Source: a virus
Lineage: Duplodnaviria > Caudoviricetes
Length of the DNA: 30,530 nt
Direction: 5' to 3' (one strand)
IMG/VR virus record: IMGVR_UViG_3300028596_000048
Location: 1-30,530 of that record
The notes beneath the pieces were generated by a model that was given only the letters and a program-made list of their open reading frames with translations, had not been told where the DNA came from and did no database searches. The position numbers and the translations under genes are program-made. Positions 19,271 to 27,413 of the stretch are shown here, piece by piece. The stretch's first letter is position 1. Every line of letters begins with the position of its first letter.

Positions 19271-19852
19271 CTAGCCTCCAGTACGTTCTTCGAGTACCGT
19301 AGTCAAAACCTGAATGAGATCCATCATCAACAGTTTCAACCAACGACTGGACGCCAATCGCACCAGCGCTACGTTACTCTCAGGAACTTTCAAAGTTTCA
19401 TAACCGTCACACTTTAACTGTACACATGCAAACGCCAACAACCCCAACATCTGGTCGAAGTACTTCTCTACACTTTCCTCACTGCTGAACCAATCCAGGA
19501 ATCCTGTTAGCCTGGAAGTGGAGTACAACGAGAAATAGTTATCAAGATTTAAAGAATCATTTTCATACACCCGCTCTAAGTACTCAGAAATCGTTTTAGA
19601 GCTACGTGTATGAATAGCTAACTGGTAGCCATGAAACTTTGCCGGAACGATCCCTAAGGGCCTTTCTAGGTCCTTGAGGCAATCGTATAGATCGTGAACC
19701 AGGGTATCGAACCTCACTGTTGATGACCCAAACCGCGCTTCGATCATTAACAGTTCACTGAGGGTCGCCTTGTCCACGCGTGTTCGGATATACTTCCCGA
19801 TAATCGGGACGCTACCCATTACACCATATTTTTGTCTACGTGTCAGACCCAT
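19271..19852 (-). CDS. hypothetical protein (193 aa; start MGLTRRQKYG)
   Basis: Start reassigned to ATG 19852, which has AAGGAG upstream and removes the overlap with the divergent gene at 19905. Confidence 0.75.
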   Translation of the reverse strand: MGLTRRQKYGVMGSVPIIGKYIRTRVDKATLSELLMIEARFGSSTVRFDTLVHDLYDCLKDLERPLGIVPAKFHGYQLAIHTRSSKTISEYLERVYENDSLNLDNYFSLYSTSRLTGFLDWFSSEESVEKYFDQMLGLLAFACVQLKCDGYETLKVPESNVALVRLASSRWLKLLMMDLIQVLTTVLEERTGG

Positions 19853-19883
19853 CGATAAAGCTCTCCTTATCTTCTCTACCCAA

Positions 19884-19900
19884 GTAATATAGGTTTTAAA
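19884..19900 (-). promoter_or_regulatory. phiKZ-type early (virion RNAP) promoter
   Basis: Minus strand reads TTTAAAACCTATATTAC, a TATTAC core with upstream TTTAA matching the phiKZ early consensus. It lies about 30 nt before the ATG at 19852. Confidence 0.7.
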
Positions 19901-19904
19901 TATC

Positions 19905-20420
19905 ATGGACACACCTGCTAACGAACAACCCAAAGAAAAGAAAAAGGCAGACCCCCACGATTCTGACAAGATGCGGGCGGTTATTGAAGAATTGCGCCAA
20001 GCGATGGTCGGTAACGAAGAAGACATTGACCAAACCGAAATGGTCAAGATGATTCAGAAGAACCGTGCCTTCCTGTTGGAATACGCGATGGGCGCTTACC
20101 TCGACAACCCAAAGAACGGTGAGTTGCTTGGCAGCGTGAAGTCCATCGTTGACGCCCTGGAAAAGAGTATCCGGGACGACCGTAAAGAACGAATGAAGAA
20201 GAAAGAGAACGAGGATAACCAAATCTCGTTCAACCAGATGATGGAAGCTCTCCAGAACATGAACAACGGTAGTATCAAGCTCCCGACGTTCGATTTCGGT
20301 GAGTTCGTCCTTGACCCGAGCAAACCGGTAATGGGGGATAAGAAGTTCTTCAACCCTATTAACGAAAACGAGCTCGATCAAGGTATCCAGCAGCTGGACT
20401 TCGACGGTAACAAAATTTGA
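19905..20420 (+). CDS. conserved hypothetical / possible virion protein (171 aa)
   Basis: Acidic helical ORF with phage-like codon usage, followed by a hairpin. Confidence 0.8.
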   Translation: MDTPANEQPKEKKKADPHDSDKMRAVIEELRQAMVGNEEDIDQTEMVKMIQKNRAFLLEYAMGAYLDNPKNGELLGSVKSIVDALEKSIRDDRKERMKKKENEDNQISFNQMMEALQNMNNGSIKLPTFDFGEFVLDPSKPVMGDKKFFNPINENELDQGIQQLDFDGNKI

Positions 20421-20432
20421 CAATTGCATACA

Positions 20433-20462
20433 TAACCAGGCAGGGTAGCCCCTGCCTGGTTA
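20433..20462. terminator. perfect 13-bp hairpin between convergent genes
   Basis: TAACCAGGCAGGG-TAGC-CCCTGCCTGGTTA. Confidence 0.75.
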
Positions 20463-20473
20463 GTAAGCGTCCA

Positions 20474-21250
20474 TTACGCATAATCGTAGAAAGAATGGTG
20501 AATCGGCATGATTCTGAACACCGGCGCCAGTTGCAGCGTCGATGAGAAGATGCGATCCGCAATCTCTCCCGTAAACTCGTCGGACTCTTTGACCAAAATA
20601 TCAGGGATAATAAATGTGGTCTCTGGTATCGGAATACTGCCAACGCTCTCGCTCAAGATCTTGCTATCCTCACCGATCAACAGGTCGTACTTCATGACGT
20701 AGTTAAATTGCTTGTAGAACGACACGTCATGGGTGGAGCTACGGCTGTTGATGGTCTTGACCTCGACCTTGCCCCCGAAACGCAACTGGAGGTGGTCAAC
20801 CAGGTCCTTACGCATTTCTTCATCCATCGCGTACGGATAGATGTTCACATGAAGCACGATCTTGCTGAAAGAGATCGGGGTCTCCGACAGCAGCTCCATG
20901 TCGAGAACCGTCTTCAAGAAGTTCTGCGTGAACTTGGTCTTGTAGTACCCAAACCCGAAATCGCTCAACGAACGTGCTTTGTACAACTCGTTGAACTGTT
21001 CCCGGTTAAAGGTCAAGCCCGGATACTCGAAACGGTCCATGCGCCGTTCCTTGTAGTTCTTCTCCGCGAACTTCTCCCAACGTGCATCCCCTTCGTACCG
21101 CAACAGTTTCATGTACTCTGCGTATTCCGCATCGGACATCTGATCGGCATTAGGATTGATCAGATCGCGCACCATCCACTTCTGGGTAATCCCCCGACGA
21201 GCGTCATAGATGGAGTCGACCTCGGTGTAACATTGAATAACCCGATTCAT
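20474..21250 (-). CDS. conserved hypothetical protein (phiKZ gp147-like by synteny)
   Basis: ATG at 21250 has AGGAG 6 nt upstream. Last gene of the operon containing beta-C. Confidence 0.75.
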   Translation of the reverse strand: MNRVIQCYTEVDSIYDARRGITQKWMVRDLINPNADQMSDAEYAEYMKLLRYEGDARWEKFAEKNYKERRMDRFEYPGLTFNREQFNELYKARSLSDFGFGYYKTKFTQNFLKTVLDMELLSETPISFSKIVLHVNIYPYAMDEEMRKDLVDHLQLRFGGKVEVKTINSRSSTHDVSFYKQFNYVMKYDLLIGEDSKILSESVGSIPIPETTFIIPDILVKESDEFTGEIADRIFSSTLQLAPVFRIMPIHHSFYDYA

Positions 21251-21252
21251 GC

Positions 21253-21759
21253 TCAACTCCTAGGCTGCGCGGCTTGACCTGGTTGCGCTGGGATCACCCG
21301 TGGTGCTGGTGGGGCTCCTGGGTTGACCGTTTCTTCTACCACTTCAATGTTGTCCAGGAACACTCGGAAAGCCAGAGCGATCTGTGTACTACGCGGAGGC
21401 AGGGTCAGAGACTCAGTTTTCTTGAGCGGTTCTTTAGGCAACAGATCCGAGGTGGAACCAGCAGGGGTTCCCAGCAGTGTCTGGTAGACCATGTTGGTAT
21501 GGTTAACCAGCAAGGTGTCGTCACCGTCCAGCAGTGTCATGACTTGGAACTGAACGTTCAGCCAGTGAGCGTAGAGGTCTTCGTCAGCACCGATGATCTT
21601 CTCGAAGTCGACATAGCTCGCCATGAACTTGAGGTACGACTTCTTGGTCAAATCCACCAGACGGAAAGCCAGATCACTGCGCATGGGAACTTCTGACACC
21701 ATCTTCGCATAGACGACGACGATAACGTCCTTCAGGTCTCGTAAGTTTTCCATCTTCAT
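21253..21759 (-). CDS. hypothetical protein (168 aa)
   Basis: Tightly packed between beta-C and the next gene, with a Pro/Ala-rich C-terminal tail. Confidence 0.8.
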   Translation of the reverse strand: MKMENLRDLKDVIVVVYAKMVSEVPMRSDLAFRLVDLTKKSYLKFMASYVDFEKIIGADEDLYAHWLNVQFQVMTLLDGDDTLLVNHTNMVYQTLLGTPAGSTSDLLPKEPLKKTESLTLPPRSTQIALAFRVFLDNIEVVEETVNPGAPPAPRVIPAQPGQAAQPRS

Positions 21760-21760
21760 A

Positions 21761-22441
21761 TCAGGCAGCCTTACTGTGAATGTTGTTGTCGATCAAGCGA
21801 CCGCGCAGCAGGTAGTGAACAGTGCTCAATACCTTAGTGCCGGAACCTTTACGGAGACTGCCGTCCGTAGTGGTTTTACCGGTGGTCAGCAGGTCGTTCT
21901 TGTAAGCCTTCAGTGCGTCCTGGTCACCGCCCTTGACGTTGTACAGCTCATTCGCCATGGTGGTAAGGCCGAGACCGCGCAGTACGGTGATTTCCGGCAT
22001 ACTGATACCGGTAGCCCGTGATTCCATCGAGACCTGGCCAGTAAGGTCGTCGATCTTGTAGTCGTTCTTCGCTGCGTTGAACTTCTTGGCCCAGAACTGA
22101 CGCTGAGCCCGGAGTTCGGAACGGCCGACGATGGCCTCGTTAGGCGACATCGACATGATGTTGGTGTCTTCGTCGTACGAGATCACTCGCTGCATGATCT
22201 TGACCTTGTCGAGTTCGCACAGCTTCATCAGGTTTTCGTAACGCAGTTCTTCTTTCTTGATCCCACCAGGAGACCAGATGGGGAGCGAGTTACCTTGCTC
22301 CAGCCATTGGATCATCCCTTCAATTTGTTCATCTGTCGCTTCTTTGAAGATGCGTTCATAGATGACTTTGTTACCACCACCGTCGGTAACTCGAGCCATA
22401 CGGTCGAGCACCAGTTTTTCAAACGCTTTACGGTTAGCCAT
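21761..22441 (-). CDS. rpoB: virion RNA polymerase beta subunit, C-terminal part (phiKZ gp149-like)
   Basis: IDDLTGQVSMESRATGISMPE aligns with RpoB TQQP..GGQRFGEME, and ELYNVKGGD with E.LTVKSDD. Size of about 226 aa and position near UvsX are as in phiKZ-like phages. Confidence 0.85.
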   Translation of the reverse strand: MANRKAFEKLVLDRMARVTDGGGNKVIYERIFKEATDEQIEGMIQWLEQGNSLPIWSPGGIKKEELRYENLMKLCELDKVKIMQRVISYDEDTNIMSMSPNEAIVGRSELRAQRQFWAKKFNAAKNDYKIDDLTGQVSMESRATGISMPEITVLRGLGLTTMANELYNVKGGDQDALKAYKNDLLTTGKTTTDGSLRKGSGTKVLSTVHYLLRGRLIDNNIHSKAA

Positions 22442-22443
22442 GA

Positions 22444-22818
22444 TTACTTCCTCGGGTAGCCGTAGCGGGTGAAGGTCTTGCTGGTGTTGGTGGCAACTTC
22501 ACGCGCCGATTCGATATAAGGATCATCAGGAACAGAGGTAATAACGACAACCTCGTCAAACAGGGTCGACGAGTTCTCCAACATCTGACGGAACATGGTC
22601 TTGTTCTTGTCCATGACATCAATAGCAGGAATGGTGTTATCAACGTTGGTCAGACCGTAGCGACCGGTAACGGTAAACAGCGACGCCTTGTTATCACTCA
22701 TGGCGACAACTTTATCTTTGAAGTTGCTAACGTAATCCTGAGGATCACGGCACAGGTTGATAAAGTTGCTTTCAACAACGACCAGAATGTTGATGCGCTG
22801 TTCAGTGGGTTCCATCAT
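22444..22818 (-). CDS. hypothetical alpha/beta protein (124 aa), possibly a degenerate SLOG/YspA-like fold
   Basis: Clear ORF with AAGGA upstream. Alternating hydrophobic strands and helices (ILVVVES, LFTVTG, EVVVIT). Confidence 0.7.
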   Translation of the reverse strand: MMEPTEQRINILVVVESNFINLCRDPQDYVSNFKDKVVAMSDNKASLFTVTGRYGLTNVDNTIPAIDVMDKNKTMFRQMLENSSTLFDEVVVITSVPDDPYIESAREVATNTSKTFTRYGYPRK

Positions 22819-22834
22819 GACCGCAATTCCTTAT

Positions 22835-22871
22835 AAAACAAAGAGAAGGGCAACCTTAGCTGCCCTCCCTT
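22835..22871 (-). terminator. intrinsic terminator after uvsX
   Basis: Minus strand reads GAGGGCAGC-TAAG-GTTGCCCTT, with G.U pairs only on this strand, followed by CTCTTTGTTTT. Confidence 0.7.
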
Positions 22872-22879
22872 AAATAAAG

Positions 22880-24352
22880 TTATTTGTCTGCCTTCTTGGA
22901 CGGATCTTTGTAATCTTTGATCCAGTAAGGATCACGTTCACCCAGAGCAATACGGACCAACTCATGAGTGGTCACGGTAAATTTCTTGATATCCGGGTTG
23001 GTAAACCAGTAGTCTACAGTGTTCTCGAGAATGTCGTCCCAATCCAAGCCGCGAGCTTTGATCTTTTCGTATAATTCCTGCGGGCTAATGCGATGTTCCA
23101 ACGGCTGCTTGAACCAGAAGGTCCGCATGAACCACAAATGGTAAATAATGGTAAGTGCCCGGACCAATTTCTTGTCTTCGAGCGTTTTACCCCAAATGGT
23201 GGTCCGACTCAATTTACACTCAGGGTAAATCGGCAACCAGTGACTGATCTTGCTACCGTCCAGACCGAAGTACTTACTGGTCTTGAGGACGTGATACATG
23301 GTCAGGCCTTCCTGGATCCCCATCGACTGGCTACCGATGAAGAAAGAGTTGATGCCCGACATCCCCGCCTTGTTACGATAAGGCTGGCAGGAGTAGTACA
23401 TCAGGTCAGGCACTTCCTTCGCATCTGCGTTGATTTCAACGTCACGACCGAACGGATTCGGGTAGAGCCAATCGTTACCTTCTTTGAGCAAGCTACCCTT
23501 GATGATCTCATGACCGATCTGAGGGATGCGCAGCAGGCTCTTAGGACCCTTCAGCTTCTTACCAGGACGGATGAAGACCGACTCTTTCTCTTCTGGACGT
23601 CCCGACAGGTTGATGGTGGAAACTGTCTGGGCTACCCAGATCTGGTAAATGCCTGCAACTGCCCCCAAGACGTCTGCGTCTTCATGCACGATGCGACGGG
23701 CGTTACCGATGGACAGGTCTCGAGTACGCTTCTCGCCACCGTCGTCCACATCACCTTCCTGGAAGTGCTGGGAGATCTTCCCGAAGTGCATTTCCGAGAT
23801 CGAGTCAACCGCGAACAGAATAGGAACGATAATCTTAACGAACTCGCCCTTCTCATCTACGATCGGAGTGTTCATGAAGATATCATCGCCCTTCTCGAGC
23901 TGCCCACGAACCTTGGCACTGATATCTCGGAACATCGCTTTGACGAAGTTACCGTCGCAAGGATTCTTGATGTCTGACTTCGAGAAGTAGAAGAAACGCT
24001 TTCCTTTAATCTTGTCGTTGAAGTAACCTGGAATGCCGATCTCACGGTCAACCAGATCGGCCAAACGACTGACCTTAAAGTTATCTTCAATGTCAGCAAC
24101 AAACGCAACACTTTTATCAAAACGAATCAGAACACGAGCAATATCAAGAACGAGCTTACCCGTCTTCTGTGTATTGTTACCACCACAGATAGCTACGTTC
24201 TTGCTAACTCCACCGTTGTTGTAAGCTTCCCCGTGCTTACCATACACCACCTCGGTGTTTAGTAGGTCGAAAATAGGGGACGTTGGTAGGTCGATTGCAA
24301 TGGTACTGGACGATTCCAAGGTCTCTACAAAATCAAAGGGGCTATTGGCCAT
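22880..24352 (-). CDS. uvsX: UvsX/RecA-like recombinase (phiKZ gp152-like)
   Basis: Walker A-like GGNNTQKT, Walker B ILFAVDS, ADIE with the catalytic Glu, and RNKAGMSG (cf. RecA KNK). About 490 aa, as in this phage family. Confidence 0.85.
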   Translation of the reverse strand: MANSPFDFVETLESSSTIAIDLPTSPIFDLLNTEVVYGKHGEAYNNGGVSKNVAICGGNNTQKTGKLVLDIARVLIRFDKSVAFVADIEDNFKVSRLADLVDREIGIPGYFNDKIKGKRFFYFSKSDIKNPCDGNFVKAMFRDISAKVRGQLEKGDDIFMNTPIVDEKGEFVKIIVPILFAVDSISEMHFGKISQHFQEGDVDDGGEKRTRDLSIGNARRIVHEDADVLGAVAGIYQIWVAQTVSTINLSGRPEEKESVFIRPGKKLKGPKSLLRIPQIGHEIIKGSLLKEGNDWLYPNPFGRDVEINADAKEVPDLMYYSCQPYRNKAGMSGINSFFIGSQSMGIQEGLTMYHVLKTSKYFGLDGSKISHWLPIYPECKLSRTTIWGKTLEDKKLVRALTIIYHLWFMRTFWFKQPLEHRISPQELYEKIKARGLDWDDILENTVDYWFTNPDIKKFTVTTHELVRIALGERDPYWIKDYKDPSKKADK

Positions 24353-24441
24353 GTCCTAAAAAATCCTGGTCATTTTATGAAATTAATGAGGTGTGATAAC
24401 CTAAATCGCACTTCCCAACTATACTGATAAGAGCCACAGTT

Positions 24442-25311
24442 ATGGAAAATATTGACGACACCAGTTTCGAGAGTCAATACACGGTCTTCCAGAAAGAACT
24501 GGAGGAACTGAAATTCATCGACGCGGTTAAGAACTACGAACCGCTGGAGATTGCAGGGGTCGAATCCCTGAGCTTGGGCGAGAGCATGGGTCTGTTCTTC
24601 TCTGAGTTCGGCACCATGGTGGACAAGAAGGTCGCTCTCTTCTCCCGGCCTGTCCATACGGTGGACAACAATAAATTGCGTAATATGGTCGCACGGAAAG
24701 AAATCAATTTCGTGCGCCACAGCGCAGTACCCATCACCGTTCCTACCAACTATACTCCGGGCATTGCCAATATGATGGCTCATGTCAAGGGCGCGGTTGA
24801 AGGTGTCTTCCTGCTGGGTTCGTTGCGCACCGAAACCTCGCGTCTTTACGACTTTTTGAAGCAGATGATCAAGACCGGTCGTAGTGACAAGCGTTTCAAG
24901 TGGACCATCAACAACCTCGATGAATCCATCCTCAACGGCGACAGCTTCATCAAGCAACTGCCGGATGAAGAACGTCGTCTGAAAGTACCTCTGTCTGAAG
25001 TCTACGTGAACTTCAACGAGATGCTGGAAGTGATGGATGTCTACAACACCTCGCTGAAGACCCTCAGCGCGCGTGACATCGAGATCGTGGCCCGTGAGCT
25101 GACCAATACCTATCACCTGGGTGAGTTGCTCATCGAGAAGATCAAGTCAAACGAGTTGACCTTCGAACGCAGCGTATTGACCGACCTGGAATTGACCATC
25201 AACAACTTTGTTCGCCTGGTAGACATCAGTGGTGCCATGATGACCCTCCTGAACGAACTGAGTGCCGTTTTCCGCGAGCAGATCAAAGAAGTAGTAGCAC
25301 TGAAAGGCTAA
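24442..25311 (+). CDS. virion (head) structural protein (phiKZ gp153-like)
   Basis: 289-aa helical ORF divergent from uvsX and convergent with the RNase H-like gene. Acidic N-terminus with S/G-x-E motifs. Confidence 0.65.
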   Translation: MENIDDTSFESQYTVFQKELEELKFIDAVKNYEPLEIAGVESLSLGESMGLFFSEFGTMVDKKVALFSRPVHTVDNNKLRNMVARKEINFVRHSAVPITVPTNYTPGIANMMAHVKGAVEGVFLLGSLRTETSRLYDFLKQMIKTGRSDKRFKWTINNLDESILNGDSFIKQLPDEERRLKVPLSEVYVNFNEMLEVMDVYNTSLKTLSARDIEIVARELTNTYHLGELLIEKIKSNELTFERSVLTDLELTINNFVRLVDISGAMMTLLNELSAVFREQIKEVVALKG

Positions 25312-25323
25312 TAGCGTTAAGCA

Positions 25324-25351
25324 CCCTACCGGCCTTGTAGGGCCGGTAGGG
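25324..25351. terminator. 11-bp hairpin between convergent genes
   Basis: CCCTACCGGCC-TTGTAG-GGCCGGTAGGG. Confidence 0.75.
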
Positions 25352-25363
25352 GCTATAGTGTAT

Positions 25364-26866
25364 TTAAGCGTCTTTACCCAATTCCGCCAACGTCAGTACC
25401 CGTAAGTTCGCCACCGCTGAGGTGTGAATGTAAATGAACTCTTCCGTTTGAACCACAGTCGAGTAACGGAGGCCATTCTCATTCCGCGTGTCTGTTACCA
25501 GCCACACCTTAACGTCTGGATCCTCCACGCTGTTAAACGAGTTACGGTCTGGAAGATCGTAGCCAATCGACAACGTGACAGGGACAGGTTTCTTAGATGA
25601 AGGATGATCTACCTTCACCACAAACGTTTTACGGTCTTGAGAGAAGTCTGGGTTCAGTTTGAGTTTCGTCACCCCTTTACCGTTGACTTCCTTTACGTAG
25701 ATCAGATCGGTAATGTCGTAGAACGTGGAGTAACCCGATTTGTTGTTCTCGTCCTTCTTCATGAAAGCTTCGAAGATGACGTTCAGCGAACCGAGGTAGT
25801 CCTTGATGCGATACGACATAAGGACCGGACTGATCAACTCCATCAGGAGAGGTTTGCTCTTCTGCTTGGTGAACGGACTGAAGACTTTACCTTTCTTGTT
25901 GGGAACTCCTGGAACTTGGTCAATCAAACGCGCCAAGTCCTTGCTGACGATGTTGTTCAAATCGCCAGCCAAGAGGTAACCGTTACTGTTGTCGATCCGC
26001 TTGTTACAGAAGTCGTAGAGTTTATCCAACAGCTCCATCGGCTTCTTGGTGTACAGCTTCGAGAACGTTACGTCTGGAGTCAGCTTGCCGTAATAGTTCT
26101 TGTCAGGTTCTACCTTGCCGAAGCCATACACGCGATACCCCTCGTGGAGGTCGTAGAACGTGCTACCTTCACCGCTGTCGCAGAACCAGCGGGTAGCGTC
26201 GATCAACTTGTTAAAGTGCACCTCAGGGTCCTCGTATTGCTTACGAGGCATGATGCTCAGTTTGTCTTCAGAGTCGAAACCCCACTGAGTGATAACCTGA
26301 GCTAGATCGAGACGTTTCTGACATTCACGAACACCAGCACCACCTTCCGCCATGCCAGTAAAGTCAAAGACCACCGAACGACCGGTTTCTTTGAACCATT
26401 CCAGCGTGTGGTAGATGTCAGTCAACAACTCGCGTTCTTTGGCGGTGACAACTTCACCGGCGAACTTCAAGTCTTCCTTGTTTTTCAGATCACCTTCTTT
26501 ATAACGGGTGATCGTCCCCAATTCTTTCTGAACCGTGATGACACACAGGTTCTTCATGGTCGGTTCTGTCTTGAACAGATCCAACGTGGTCAAAAAGCCT
26601 TGCAACAACGCTTCGGTCTTGGTTCGTTTATCCGTGACCTCCAGAGAGACGATATCCTTGACCACCACCACCGTATTGGCTTTCTGCACGTTGTTGGTGT
26701 AATACCCCGAAGACGTCGGGACATCTTTAACCAGCTTCTTCTTACCCTCTTCAGTTACATCGTACGTGTAACCATGAGCACCGAAGAAATGGTGGATGGA
26801 CTTCTGTTTGATCGAGTCCAACATGAAATACATGACCAGGTTTATGGTCGGTACAATCTCTTCCAT
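25364..26866 (-). CDS. RNase H-like virion protein (phiKZ gp155-like), catalytic motifs apparently degenerate
   Basis: Family-like motifs GAHGYTY, PTSSGY and YYGKLTPDVTFS, plus the C-terminal GYDLPDRN and RYSTVVQT..ANLRV. Size of about 500 aa and synteny fit. Confidence 0.65.
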   Translation of the reverse strand: MEEIVPTINLVMYFMLDSIKQKSIHHFFGAHGYTYDVTEEGKKKLVKDVPTSSGYYTNNVQKANTVVVVKDIVSLEVTDKRTKTEALLQGFLTTLDLFKTEPTMKNLCVITVQKELGTITRYKEGDLKNKEDLKFAGEVVTAKERELLTDIYHTLEWFKETGRSVVFDFTGMAEGGAGVRECQKRLDLAQVITQWGFDSEDKLSIMPRKQYEDPEVHFNKLIDATRWFCDSGEGSTFYDLHEGYRVYGFGKVEPDKNYYGKLTPDVTFSKLYTKKPMELLDKLYDFCNKRIDNSNGYLLAGDLNNIVSKDLARLIDQVPGVPNKKGKVFSPFTKQKSKPLLMELISPVLMSYRIKDYLGSLNVIFEAFMKKDENNKSGYSTFYDITDLIYVKEVNGKGVTKLKLNPDFSQDRKTFVVKVDHPSSKKPVPVTLSIGYDLPDRNSFNSVEDPDVKVWLVTDTRNENGLRYSTVVQTEEFIYIHTSAVANLRVLTLAELGKDA

Positions 26867-26925
26867 TTGAAGGTCTCTTCTATGGTTGGTGCATTCCTAT
26901 AATGCACCGCCCAGTAGATAAAAGT

Positions 26926-27375
26926 TTAAGGAACACACTTCTGTAGCAGAACATTGTTGTTAGCTATAATGCGACGGTTTGTGGCAGCCAAAACCACGAT
27001 CGACCTTTTAAGGTACAGGTTCTCTACCGTCAGCGAAATAGCGTAACGCCCTAGCCAATTGTTCTGTGCTTGTATGAGCCCTATTTGACTCCCCGTCTGG
27101 TTGTTAACCCGGACGAATGAGCTAAGTGCCGAGCTTTCCCCTCCATCGAATAAAACGCTGACCTTCGCAAGGCTTTCCTGCGTCGCGTCCAGTTCCATCC
27201 GGAGGTTTAGGTTAGCCAGGAACATCGAAAAGTTAACGAACAAAGACACCGCCAATACGAGCCCGATAGCTTTGATTGCCTTCGTCAACTGATCCTCGAC
27301 AGACTCTCCCTGAAACATTTTTATTATGAATTCTATGAGTCTGTCGGCCATCTCCTTCGCTATACCGAGCGTCAT
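26926..27375 (-). CDS. single-pass membrane protein (149 aa)
   Basis: Hydrophobic segment AIGLVLAVSLFVNFSMFLANL followed by a coiled-coil-like region. AAGGA upstream of the start. Confidence 0.75.
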   Translation of the reverse strand: MTLGIAKEMADRLIEFIIKMFQGESVEDQLTKAIKAIGLVLAVSLFVNFSMFLANLNLRMELDATQESLAKVSVLFDGGESSALSSFVRVNNQTGSQIGLIQAQNNWLGRYAISLTVENLYLKRSIVVLAATNRRIIANNNVLLQKCVP

Positions 27376-27413
27376 GGTTCTTTTTCCTTACTTCACGGTG
27401 AGAGTTCTTTAAT

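Noticed and set aside
19853-20047. 65-aa N-terminal extension of the 258-aa ORF
   Set aside because: It overlaps the divergent 171-aa gene and the promoter motif; ATG 19852 has a good RBS.
26898-26903. TATAAT as a sigma70 -10 box
   Set aside because: There is no correctly spaced -35 and it faces antisense; phiKZ-like phages use their own RNAPs.
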